Below are positions 52,835-64,000 of a stretch of 64,000 nt of DNA, piece after piece (the stretch's first letter is position 1; the number at the start of each line of letters is the position of its first letter). Below the pieces are notes generated by a model. That model ran no database searches. It saw nothing but the letters and a program-made list of their open reading frames with translations, and was not told the DNA's origin. Made by a program: the position numbers and the translations under genes. This DNA is from Octopus bimaculoides (Eukaryota), in contig NC_068984.1 of assembly GCF_001194135.2 (NCBI RefSeq), forward strand, positions 3,908,192 to 3,972,191, in the 5' to 3' direction.

Positions 52835-53030
52835 GGCGGCGAGCTTGCAGAATTGTTAGCATGCCCGGGCGAAGTGCTTAGCGGTATTTCGTCTGTCGCT
52901 ACATTCTGTGTTTAAATTCCACTGAGGTCGACTTTGGTACTTATTTAATCGACCCCAAAAGGATGAAAGGCAGTTACGCACTGGAGTCAATGTAATCGAC
53001 TTAATCCCTTTGTCTGTCCTTGTTTGTCCC
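52835..53030 (+). mobile_element. SINE family B copy (young, internally deleted)
   Basis: GGCGGCGAGCTTGCAGAATTGTTAGCATGCCCGGGCGAAGTGCTTAGCGGTATTTCG retains many CpGs. Confidence 0.85.
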
Positions 53031-54341
53031 CTCCATGGGTATGGAGCATCAAAATACTAAATAAAAGAGAAATAATCAAGACATGTAGTCATGATGTCAT
53101 TTTGTCACAGAGAGCAGGTGACAGAACAGAGAAAAGGTGTTGGGATAAAACCAAAACAAAATATTGGTAAGTGGTAGAGAAACAAAATGGAAAGGAAATA
53201 ATGAACAACAGCGACAGGTTTAGGAACAAAACTATTCAGGTCACTTTTTAAATCCATGTTTCAGTTCCATTGACCAATTTTTTTCCTGTATTTTTTCCTT
53301 TTATTTTTATTTATTTATTTTTTTTATCAGAAGTCAGATTTTCTTCATACTCATTTTTCCTCACTTAAAAAAAAATTTTTTTTTTCATAGTTTGATAAAA
53401 ATATATTTCAAACAGCCACAGTAATTATTGATCAGCAAAACATTTCTGAATAACAGACAATTCCTCTTTAATAAAATTCTAGTGCATGTCTTATAGGAAT
53501 CCCTTCTTTCATTTTTAACACTACCAACCCCACCACCACCACCACCATTTCTGTCTTATACTTTTGCTTTCTTCCTAATTCACTTTGGCTTCCTGATATG
53601 AAATCTCTTTAAACAAATTACAGTGATTCTCCATGACTGTATGCATGTGTGTATGCATGCATGTATGTGTACATGTATATGTTGCATGTTTGTACATGTG
53701 TGTATTTGGGTGTGTATGTACATGCATGTGCTTGCATGTCTATGTGTGTGTATGCATGTGAAAAGCATGCATATATGTATGTGAAGAGAAAGATCAGCTA
53801 TTTCAAAGAAATTAAATATTTTTATAGACACCAACAAGCAGGGGAACAGCATCATCAAATTATTTCTCAGCTCAACTGCATTGTTGAAGTGTAAAACCAT
53901 TGAATATGAAAATAAATTTAATGTCAATTTAATATATCAGATATAGATTTTACAAATGTTTACACATTCATAAAAGAAATTCTTCATTTGCTTTGCTGAT
54001 ATCTGTAAGACAAGATCACTTAATTTGTCTAATGTTAATTATTATTTCTACAATAAGTATACTTACTACAATAAATATACATTCATTAAACTATTGAATT
54101 CATTTTTATAATGTCAGTTATGTTTATTCTAATACAGTTCATTACCTTCAAGCAGTTAGCTACAATGATACAGTGATGACTGAACACAACCCCTGGACAT
54201 GGCCGGTTCTGAAAAAATGAACCTGCTGACACTAGTTTCACGCCACCACCACCATATCAATAAAGGAACTTTCATCCCATTATGAGCAGAAATCTCAAAA
54301 TCTTGATCAAGGAATTAACATCCACATAGACTCCAAGTTGA

Positions 54342-54412
54342 CAGGGACGTAAACATACCAGCATCGTTTGTCAAGTTATGTTGGGGGGACAAACACATAT
54401 ACATACATACAC

Positions 54413-54454
<42 letters not shown>

Positions 54455-54609
54455 GACGGGCTTCTTTCAGTTTCCATCTACAAATCCACTCACAAGGCTT
54501 TGGTCGGCCTGAGGCTATAGTAGAAGACACTTACCCGAGGTGCCATGCAGTGGGACTGAACCTGGAACCATGTGGCTGGTAAGCAAGCTACTTACCATAC
54601 AGCCACTTC
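54342..54609 (-). mobile_element. SINE family A, 3'-truncated
   Basis: Reverse-complement match to the head and middle of 34437-34848. Confidence 0.85.
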
Positions 54610-55431
54610 TTTCTATGATATAAACATAATGACATGGCCAAAAGTTGGTCAATAATCTGAAGTTGCATGCCATAATGTTGGATGGTCATCTTTGCCAAAA
54701 CAAAAAATACAAGATATCCATAAATTACTTTTACAATTTGAAAAATTCAGGGGATGGCAGGGATAGGATAACTCAACATGTTGCATGCAATCAATGCAGC
54801 CCACATGGAAGGGTTCTGATGTTTCTAATAAAACTTTATTTGTTTGCCTGTTTTCCAATAAACTCCGAGTTATCAATTTTTTTTTTCCTGATTTAGAAAA
54901 AAAAACTGTAAAGGTAATTCATGGACACCCAGTATATAAACATCATTATTAAGCTATTTTCTCAGATCCATACAAATATGAATATACAGGAACAAGTATC
55001 TTCCAACAAAGATAAAAAAGTAGAGAAAAAAAACCTTATTCAAATATCTCTTCTGCTTTCCTACTCAATAGCACTAAGTTCAAGAGATAAAATCATGGCA
55101 GACTTATTTATGACAGACCACTACAACTGACACTAAACTGACCAATGACATCAAAGCCAGCAAGCACATGACCAACATTCACTGATACTGGATTGCATGA
55201 CAAATATGATACCGAAAATTCAGTGTAATGACAAACAGATGAATATATTCCACTGTAGCAATTTCTCATTTAAATAATGAAACACAGAAATAGAAAAAAC
55301 TTTATATATACACAGACACACGTACACAGATACACACATATCATCATCATTTAGTGTCCATATATCGTTTAACATCCGTACGTTTGTATGTAAGTGTATA
55401 TGTATGTATATGTGTGCATGTGTGTCATCAT

Positions 55432-55526
55432 CATCATCATCATCGTTTAACATCCGCTTTCCATGCTAGCATGGGTTGGACGATTTGACTGAGGACTGGT
55501 GAAACCAGATGGCTACACCAGGCTCC
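55432..55526 (-). mobile_element. (GAT)n-tailed repeat family C 3' fragment
   Basis: Three differences from 20938-21037. Confidence 0.85.
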
Positions 55527-55746
55527 TGTGTGTATACATATATATATATATATGTGTGTGTGTATGTGTATGGTAGCATATACACACACACAGACACAAA
55601 CCATCTTCACACTTTCCTGTCCCAGAAAGCACTTTCCCTTCATTTTTTCTACTTCCGGTCACTTCAGAAATTTGACCACATGTGGACTGTTGGTGATTTT
55701 TTACCTCCTTCTTCCTTCTTCCCTTTTGGACTTCCCTGTTTTTCCC

Positions 55747-55781
55747 GTTTCCAAAGAAGAGCCATGCTCAAAACATCAAAC
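55747..55781 (+). ncRNA. Decayed minimal hammerhead motif (PLE pLTR-like)
   Basis: GTTT-CCAAAGA-A-GAGC-CAT-GCTC-AAAA-CATC-AAAC fits GTTT-CTGANGA-A-GAGC-nnn-GCTC-GAAA-CGTC-AAAC. Stems I and II pair, but the core carries several substitutions. Confidence 0.45.
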
Positions 55782-55831
55782 AACTACTCTCTTCTTTCTC
55801 TGAGGATCTTATTCACAGGAATTTTCAATTG

Positions 55832-55901
55832 GCCAGATAACTGAAGAGATGTTGGCGTGGGCTCCCACCCTGGCATCCGAAACTCAGAGTTTTATCATGG
55901 C
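55832..55901 (+). ncRNA. Type I hammerhead ribozyme, catalytic core intact
   Basis: GCCA-GATAA / CTGAAGA / GATGTTGG-(C-GTGG-GCTC-CCAC-C)-CTGGCATC-C / GAA-ACTC-A-GAGT-T / TTATC-A-TGGC. Confidence 0.75.
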
Positions 55902-56119
55902 TACTGAATAAGTGTCACATATTTTTACAGATACAGATATACATATATATATATATATATTACTATCATTATTATTATCATTATTATTGTAAATATACAA
56001 AATAGCCAAGAGAAAGAAATAAGTTGTGCTCCTTACACCTGCCAAAAGGTCTTAATTGAAGCAATACCAACTGGAATTTGAAACCAAAACTTGGATTTTG
56101 CATATCAAAAAACTGTTGC

Positions 56120-56320
56120 TCTGCATTTGCACCACCCCCGACTGATTCTAATTTCAAGACAAGGCCAGCAATTTTGAGGATGGGTGGGAGGTAGTTGGTA
56201 ACAAACATTAACCCCTGTACTAATTTGGTATTTTATTCCATTGATGCTGGAGGGACGAATGGCAAAATTGACTTCGGCAGGGTTTCAACTCGAAATGTAT
56301 GGAGAACAAATACTTGCAGG
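56120..56320 (-). mobile_element. SINE family B, degraded
   Basis: Reverse-complement similarity to family B (TTTCAAGACAAGGCCAGCAATTTTG...CGAATGGCAAAATTGACTTCGGCAGGGTTTCAACTCG). Confidence 0.6.
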
Positions 56321-56842
56321 TCTTTCTTACAGTCCCACAGCCACAAATTTTAATGGAAGGAGTTTAACCATATAATTTGAAATGAAATCAGGATTTGACA
56401 GACACTTCTTTTATAGATCTCTGACAGGATTTCAACTCAGAATCTCTGGGGTTCTCACCAAATAACCTCAGCACATTTGGTCCGGTATTCTACCAGTAAT
56501 AATACTCCTAATGTTGGCACAAGGCTGACAATTTCTATATATATATAACACACACACCCATATATATATATCTACACCACCACTACACTCCCATACTTGC
56601 ACATCTCTACACATACACCCCACCTCAAGAAGCCACACACACGCACACATATAGCACAGACACATTCCTATATATGGAGGCTGTCCTAAAATGCACATAA
56701 CATCCTACTGGACTCCTCTCTTCCTCAATCTCCCCCATAGAACCACATTCTCACTTGGTCTCCTGCCCCACCTCACTGTTATTTTTTGGGAGTTTTTTTT
56801 CCCAACCATTTCGTCTCATTCTTTCAATATTTTTTCCTTTTC

Positions 56843-56876
56843 CTTCTGATGAAAGACTACCCACTGAAACGTCAAG
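56843..56876 (+). ncRNA. Minimal hammerhead motif, core intact, weak stems
   Basis: CTT-CTGATGA-A-AG-actaccca-CT-GAAACGTC-AAG, with a palindromic ACGT stem/loop III and a GUC cleavage triplet. Confidence 0.5.
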
Positions 56877-58987
56877 ACCTTTACCCGCTTCTTTTTGAGA
56901 ATCAAAGAAGTAAAACTACATTTGCTAAAACCTGTCCCTGCTGTATTGTCTTCTTTTTTTGCTCATTGCATATATATGTATGTACGCATCTATATGTATA
57001 TATGTATGCATAAAAATGCACATGAGTGTGTGTGGGTGATGATGGGTGGGGGTGCACGTGAAGTGGGGCGAGGGGGGGTGGATGGGGGGTTAGCACATGT
57101 ACTTGGGCATGGGAAATAAATATGTCCTGTAGTCATTAATGGATCACTGAGTTAGCATCAAAGAAATGTTTATAAAGACATTAGGGAAATGTCAGGTGGA
57201 GAGACTCTGTACCTTTCTGTCTGATTACCTTCAACTGGAAATCACAGGTAGAAAGGAGGCAAACCACATTCCGGACTCAATATGGGAGTTTGCTTCACAC
57301 GCCTACAGCATCCACATGTATTTATTGATGTGTGAGTGGGAAGTGGGAAAAAAACCCAGTAATTATATAGGTGTTTGTGTGTTATAGATATTTAAATACA
57401 TATGCATAACAGTATGTGTATTGTATGCTGCACTAGAATATGTAAAATTATATATTGTTTTTTTTCTGAGATGGGAACCCAAAAACCTTTATTGGAAATG
57501 TTAAGGTCCAATACCCTTCTTATTAAGAATGTCCAAAAATGTTCAGTGAACTTTATCATAAGGTGTTTAAATTTAATCTTAAACCAGAAAAAATTCCTGC
57601 CACATGAAACTAAATTAAGGTTATTTGTAAAAGAATTATATGTATATACATGTTATTGGACTGATTATGCGCTGGTTATATATTTCTTGTACATTCATCA
57701 AACATTATTTTTCTATAGCAGAGAGAGGGAATCTATTGTTAATATGGTTATAAGTTTTTCAAACTTTGATGAAATTATTTATTGTTTAACTCTACTGAAG
57801 CAAAACTAAAGTCAAAAATATTCCAGCCATAAATGTTCTTCCTTTGCACAGTTCTTCCATTTTTAAGATGGCAAAGGATGTAATATAAAGAATATTTAAC
57901 TGTTATTTCTAACAGCTAAAGCAACTACATGAAGACTATCTTGTTAATTTACTGCAGTCATTATTAGAGGTTTTTATGTTCACCCTAATTAATATCCCAA
58001 ACTAACAGAAATTAAATTTGTTAAAGATTATTGTTATTAGAATGGCCCCTGTTCAATAATGTGCTATACCTAGGTGCTCAAAGTTGCGAGAATATTTTTA
58101 ATTGTATGAATTGAGAAAGTTTACTTCTTGGTGGTTGCTGGTACAGCAAAGGTTTCTCAACAGTAATAATCTTTGCAGTTTCCACCTTGACTCTCAAGCA
58201 AAATCAGCAAATAATAAACTGCACCCTATCAATCAATCAATACACAATACACCTCTCCATACTTTGGATATGCTAAGACAAACATCTCAGAAAAATAAAA
58301 TAAAATGATAATATATACAGAGAAATTTAATTATTATTGTCTAATTAAATACCAGACTATTTGGTCGTACTGTTTACACACAAACTAATTTCATCTTTTT
58401 TAACATTTTACCAACAGATATCATATTTCAATGTTAGAGTAGCAGTGATGAGTAGTTCTATAAGCCATCCCTCAGATACTAGAGAAGAATTCAACATTAC
58501 GTAATGTGTCTGAGAAAAGTCAGTCTAGCAGAGCCCATGTAAGCTAACAAACCAGAAGAAAATGTGAGTGGTTATTGCTAGTCAGAAGAATTTCTTCTAA
58601 TACAGGAGGACAAGGTTATTTTAATAGTTGGTTGTCTTGACTGGCAATGGAGATAAAACAAAATTAAGGATACAATACAAACTACCAATATTTCATCTAA
58701 CATTCCACCTCTCTCTCTCTCTCAATCAAGTGAGCAGCAGAAACATTTTAGAAGTTTATTTTACCAATGCCCCCAAACCAATTATGGATTATTGTTGTTA
58801 AATTGAAAATCTTGCAGCACCTTCAGGCAGTGTTAGCAATGTACCAAAAGGTGTCAGTACTTTGGTTGAAAATACCACACTAAGCAGTTGTTAGCTGAGC
58901 AATAGGATGAAGTTAATCATAAAGAAACACCTCCCCATCTGCTTGCTTCCATTTCTGTATACATCAGAGAAATAAGTTCTGTGAACA

Positions 58988-59033
<46 letters not shown>

Positions 59034-60286
59034 ATTGTAAGCTAAATATAGTAGCTATAATTTCATTTTGTCCTGCCATCACTCTATACTGCTTGATGTC
59101 TCGCAAGTCTAGGGAATATGGCAACTAACATAGTTTATTTGTGCCAAAAATATACTGTTTTAATACACAAAATTGGTTTGTTATACATTTTAGATATAAA
59201 TAATTTAGTATATCCACAAACAGCTTAGGACCAATCTATAATTTAGACTAAAAGTATTCATATGTAATTTTATTTATAAATGAATCTTTACTTCTCTATC
59301 TATCCACATCTCTCTTCAATAAAATGTTTTATGATATTAAGCAATGTAAACAAGAAATAGCCAAGATGATAGCTAGAGGAAGCTCTGGTCAGTTGCCATT
59401 CAGCATTTATAGACAACACAATAACAAAAGTTCCTGCCTGAAGAGCTTCTACCATTAACACAGCTTTGGGAGTTGGTTGATTGCTTTAAAATTAATGTTG
59501 CATTATCTTTATTTATGAAAGACTTAGTCTCTGGTTAGTATCTCACTACAGTGAGCAATCTGAGGTGGGAAGAAACAACAACAACAACAGCAGCAGCAGC
59601 GGCAGCAGCAGCAACAAATATAAAGTAACAAAGATAGTGAACATCTAAAAATAAAAACAAGGAAATATTGATGATGAAGATAAATAGGGAAAATATAAAT
59701 AACAACAGGAAACACATAGGTAAAGAGATTGGGAGAGACTAGCCAAAGATAGAGAGATAAAAATATATAAATAAAAAAAAGAAAAAGTGAGAGATGGACA
59801 TATGAAGAGAAGAGAGAGAGACTAGTAGAGAGATGAGAGTGTAAAATGATACATTAGTGTACCTGAAAAGTTAAAGGTTGTATATTTATGAGATGAGGCA
59901 AGCTATAAGTAGGTATAAAATGGAAGAGGGAGGGGGGAGGGGAAGTAAAAGATATATAATAGACAGAAATTGATTTCATTGATTTGTCGATATTTGTTTA
60001 AAACATAAGAACACATTTCACACCCACACCCCACATAGACATAAACATCTCCGCTTCACACCATCTCTACTCTCACTCTCTCATATATATATATATATAT
60101 GCACACACACACAAATATTCATACACACAAATATCTACATTTATCATTATCTACATGTTCAAACATGTATATATATACACACACACATGCATACATCTCT
60201 ATCTACCTGTCTAACTACATACACACACACAAATATATTTATCACTCTATAAATATATCTACACATACACTATATGTGTGTGTGTG

Positions 60287-60318
<32 letters not shown>

Positions 60319-60694
60319 CATATATATATATACACACATACAGGCAGAAAGTTACCAAAGTGACTAAAGGCTTGAGAGCTTCATGTACACCACTCATCAA
60401 ACCTATAACTCTACACTATTCATTCATTCAGTTGGTTTTATGTCTCTTTTTCTATGTCAGCATGGGATACATGAGTATTACTGAGGCCATGTTTTACAGC
60501 TGGTTGTCCGTTCTGTAGCTAACAATGATGTCTTGTTTTAAAAACAAGTAAGGGATCTTTATTTCACAAATCATTGAAGGTGCAAACCAAGTGGACAATT
60601 TATTAAGAGGGAAAGAAGTGATGACAACATCATAGTTTGTAGTTCATAGCAATATTAAGACACAAACATAAACACACACACACATATATATATA

Positions 60695-60840
60695 TACGAC
60701 AGGCTTCTCTCAGTTTCTATCAACCAAATTCATTCACAAGGTTTTAGTCAGCTAAAGGATATAGTACAAGACACATACCCAAGGTGGGACAGAACCCAAA
60801 ATCATATGGCTGAGAATCAAACTGCTTAACCACAGACATG
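60695..60840 (-). mobile_element. SINE family A head half
   Basis: Reverse-complement match to the family A head, truncated at the internal microsatellite. Confidence 0.75.
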
Positions 60841-60881
60841 CTCACACACACACACACACAACACATGCACATGCATACATA

Positions 60882-60913
<32 letters not shown>

Positions 60914-60923
60914 NNNNNNNNNN

Positions 60924-60956
<33 letters not shown>

Positions 60957-60958
<2 letters not shown>

Positions 60959-61118
60959 TGCAGGCGTGGCTGTATGGTAAGAAGTCTGCTTCCCAACCAC
61001 ATGATCCTGGGTTCAGTCCCCAGAGTGTGGCACCTTGGGCAAATGTCTTCTACTATAGGTTCAGGTCAACCAAAGCCTTGTGAGTGGATTTGGTAGACAG
61101 AAACTGAAAGAAGCTCAT

Positions 61119-61170
<52 letters not shown>

Positions 61171-61354
61171 TGTGTGCCTTTGTGTTTGTCCCATCACCAC
61201 CACTTGACAACATGTTGGTGTGCTTACATTCCCTTAACTTAGCAGTTAAGCAAAAGGGATCAAATAAAATAGGTATCAGACTTTAAAAAGTTAAGTACTA
61301 GGATCGATGCATTTGACTAAAAATTTTTCAAGCTAGTGCCCCAGCAGGGCCACA
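60957..61354 (+). mobile_element. SINE family A, near full length
   Basis: Similar to 34437-34848, with a long internal (TG)n. Confidence 0.85.
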
Positions 61355-61693
61355 ACACACATACACACACACACACACATGTACATACGATGAAATCAAA
61401 TAAACGACAAAGAAACAAGAGATTATTCAATGAACTTCAATAGCTTACAAATGTTTATGCTGTAAGATCCAGCATGCCCAGAGCTGAGTGTATGTGCATC
61501 ACATTCAAGCTTTGTCAGAACTTGTAAAATGAAATGCACCAAGGAAGCTACAAGTGATACACAGCTCTGAATGCAATGCATCTTATAGAAGAAACAGTTG
61601 TAAGCTAAAGACATTCATTGTATAAACTCCTGTTCCTTTGTCATTTATTTGGTTACATATTATGTTCCATACTCAACTAATGCTTTATTCAGA

Positions 61694-61768
<75 letters not shown>

Positions 61769-61816
61769 AGTTCTAATGCCAGGTTAATAGTATCACCATG
61801 CCTCAGCAAAATGTTC

Positions 61817-61861
<45 letters not shown>

Positions 61862-61979
61862 CATGTATAAAACACATACTTTCATGTTAATATATAAACA
61901 ATTTAACATTAAACTGAAAAATTACTCAATATTTTCTTAGTAGAGTATATGTTTATCAAACTTTTACAAGTAAGGGGGT

Positions 61980-62025
61980 GACAGTGACTTAGAAGTTTCA
62001 GACTGCTGGCCTTCGTCAAACAATC
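61980..62025 (-). ncRNA. Type I hammerhead motif, C3>U core mutation
   Basis: Minus strand GATTGT / TTGACGA / AGGC-CAGCA-GTCT / GAA-ACTT-CT-AAGT-C / ACTGTC. Confidence 0.6.
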
Positions 62026-63340
62026 CAACGAAACAGGTGGTGATTCAATAAGAGTTAATGCAGGATTAGAACATACAGCATAGAAGGACACAAGAATTTC
62101 AATGAGTAGACACCTCACAGGTAAGATCAACATAGACCAAAGATACAAGGAAGTCTTCTGTCAAACACAGATTACAATTCATAGTTGCCATAAACAATTG
62201 GCCAATCCATGTCTACATGTAAATAGTAGACAAGTCCATAGTTACATTCAAGCAATAGATCAATCCAGATATGACTGAGTGAGTACCCCCAAAGTCACCC
62301 ATATGTCCAGCAGCTACCTCATCAATGCATTGAATACTCCTCAATCCAATACTTGTGTGAGACATCATGGGACAATCAGATTAGGAGACATCAAATTAAA
62401 TCAAGATACCTTCAGAACAGTTTGATTAGTTTGGTCACCAGACATCTATTGCTGGATACGTAAACAGCACTAAACTACAATGAAACTAGGCACGTTTCTT
62501 TTTAAACTAATAGCAATAACATATTTATCTACAAGGTCATATCTAACAATATGACACCTGATTATTATTATTATTGGAGATTATATCAATGGCAACATAA
62601 TGTGGATTAAAAAATATTCCATCTTTGCAGATAAGTTTGTCTGAAAAACGATAATCTTAAGAATTTCTGAGTTATAATCTTATAAAGAGATCTTGAGTAA
62701 CAATATGTTTCTGGATGTTTGTCAATAGATCAATACATAACAGGAATTGTAAGGGTTAACACAGAGTACAGCAGCAATAAATTACAATCATGACATACTG
62801 AGGTTTTAGAATTTGATTTTGTTTCACAAGTGTTGTTTGGATAAACAGCTTGGTATGAATGAGCTAAATATTGTTTTTATTTCAACGAAATAAAGGTTTA
62901 TAGAAGAGAAAGTACAGCAGCAAACAGACTAACCAGTTTATGATGAACTTTATGTACTTTTGTAAACAAGTAATCGAAGTTCAGAGTATTTCATTATTTC
63001 ATTGTTTTCGTGGTTATTCTTTCCAGTAGGAGCTTGTAAATTGGAATATTTTCTACGTGATGTTACAATTTTCATCTATTGTTTGAAGTGGTGAGGAATC
63101 TATTATGATAGGAAAAATAGTGGGAGGGTAATGACATGAATGATGTTGAAAAATTCATAGCCTCCTATTTTGAGTGAAGCCATCTGTAGTTAGAGCATCT
63201 GGCTTTCTAGGATCAGAGATATTTCTCAATATGTGCACAGCTCCATTAACTTCCAGATAAAAGAATTCACATCCAGCAACGTAAACAGTATTTCCTCTGC
63301 AGCACCTCCCTATATGGCCCTACGAATTGGGACATCACTT
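62026..63340 (-). mobile_element. Highly degraded Penelope-like element body (RT and GIY-YIG remnants) upstream of the hammerhead
   Basis: Weak minus-strand remnants: LLDVNSF.., ..NSCYV...QTSRNILL.....KDYNSEILK, resembling PLE 'CNSCYIG.TSR.L..RI.EH..DKNS.I.KH'. Confidence 0.4.
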
Positions 63341-64000
63341 TGGCTATAGACGGGATTAAATTACCAGCTGATGACTGTTGACTTCTCTATAGACAGCCTG
63401 AAACACAAACAGCCATACCCACAACTCCTACCTAAAACAGTTCAATTATTTCAAATATTAATAACTGATTAAAGACGAGATAATATCAAACAACAAGGTA
63501 ACAAATATAAGAATACTTGTCTTTAGTTTTCCTTAAGAGTTATCAGAAAAGTTCATCAAATCTTTTATAAACACAAAGAACAACTTCATTTCATTAAAGA
63601 GTCCTGTCAATTTAATTTTACCAGTCCAATATAATTTAATGATTGCAACATAACTTTTCAGTTAGCCTGATAGAGTAAATCTGATTTTTGACATATTTAT
63701 TGACAATAAAGCAATGACAAATTGAAATAAAACCAGAGCATAAGATGGCAATAGGAATGTGTGTGTGTGTGGGGGGGGGGTTATAAGGAGACTAGAAGCA
63801 ATATAGCTGAATGGGTGTTAATTAATGAGTTGCTTACATCAGTGTAATTCGTCAGAAATGATACAACAGCCTTAATAGATAAACACAAAGATGATAGAGA
63901 CACTACAGAAGTACTTATTAATAATGGAATTTTTATTGTGCATATCATCATTTTTAATTTGAAATAGAAAATATAAATTTTTTAAAAATCCAGAAAGTCA

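Noticed and set aside
58418-58500. Plus-strand exon-like segment (ISYFNVRVAVMSSSISHPSDTREEFNI)
   Set aside because: Weak donor (AC|GTAATG), unrecognised peptide and no compatible neighbouring exon.
63366-63415. CTGATGA-CTGT...ACAG-CCT-GAAAC hammerhead-like motif
   Set aside because: A partial stem II is present, but stems I and III do not form.

Overview
AT-rich eukaryotic DNA dense in (TA)n, (CA)n, (GA)n, (ATT)n and (ATC)n microsatellites, with several N gaps. The SINE and LINE families look like those of an octopus (coleoid cephalopod) genome. That identification is from memory and was not checked by any search. I found no identifiable host protein-coding gene. Nearly all listed ORFs are microsatellite or low-complexity artefacts, or decayed transposon fragments: Penelope-like (PLE), RTE, CR1-like, R4/Dong-like, two Tc1/mariner families, piggyBac-like MITEs, an unclassified MITE, two tRNA-derived SINE families and a (GAT)n-tailed repeat. 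The main signal beyond that inventory is RNA structure. Five type-I hammerhead ribozyme motifs from apparently several PLE-like families can be folded by hand (1937-2036 +, 55747-55781 +, 55832-55901 +, 56843-56876 +, 61980-62025 -), ranging from core-intact to decayed. There is also a 94-nt pri-miRNA-sized hairpin (22729-22822), a ~190-bp inverted-repeat pair 0.9 kb apart, and closely spaced inverted SINE pairs that could form dsRNA. A (TAA)n-associated stack of SINEs sits inside an R4/Dong remnant. A few orphan exon-like segments have good splice sites, including a 21-nt microexon candidate. All alignments and folds were done by eye, and repeat boundaries are approximate.
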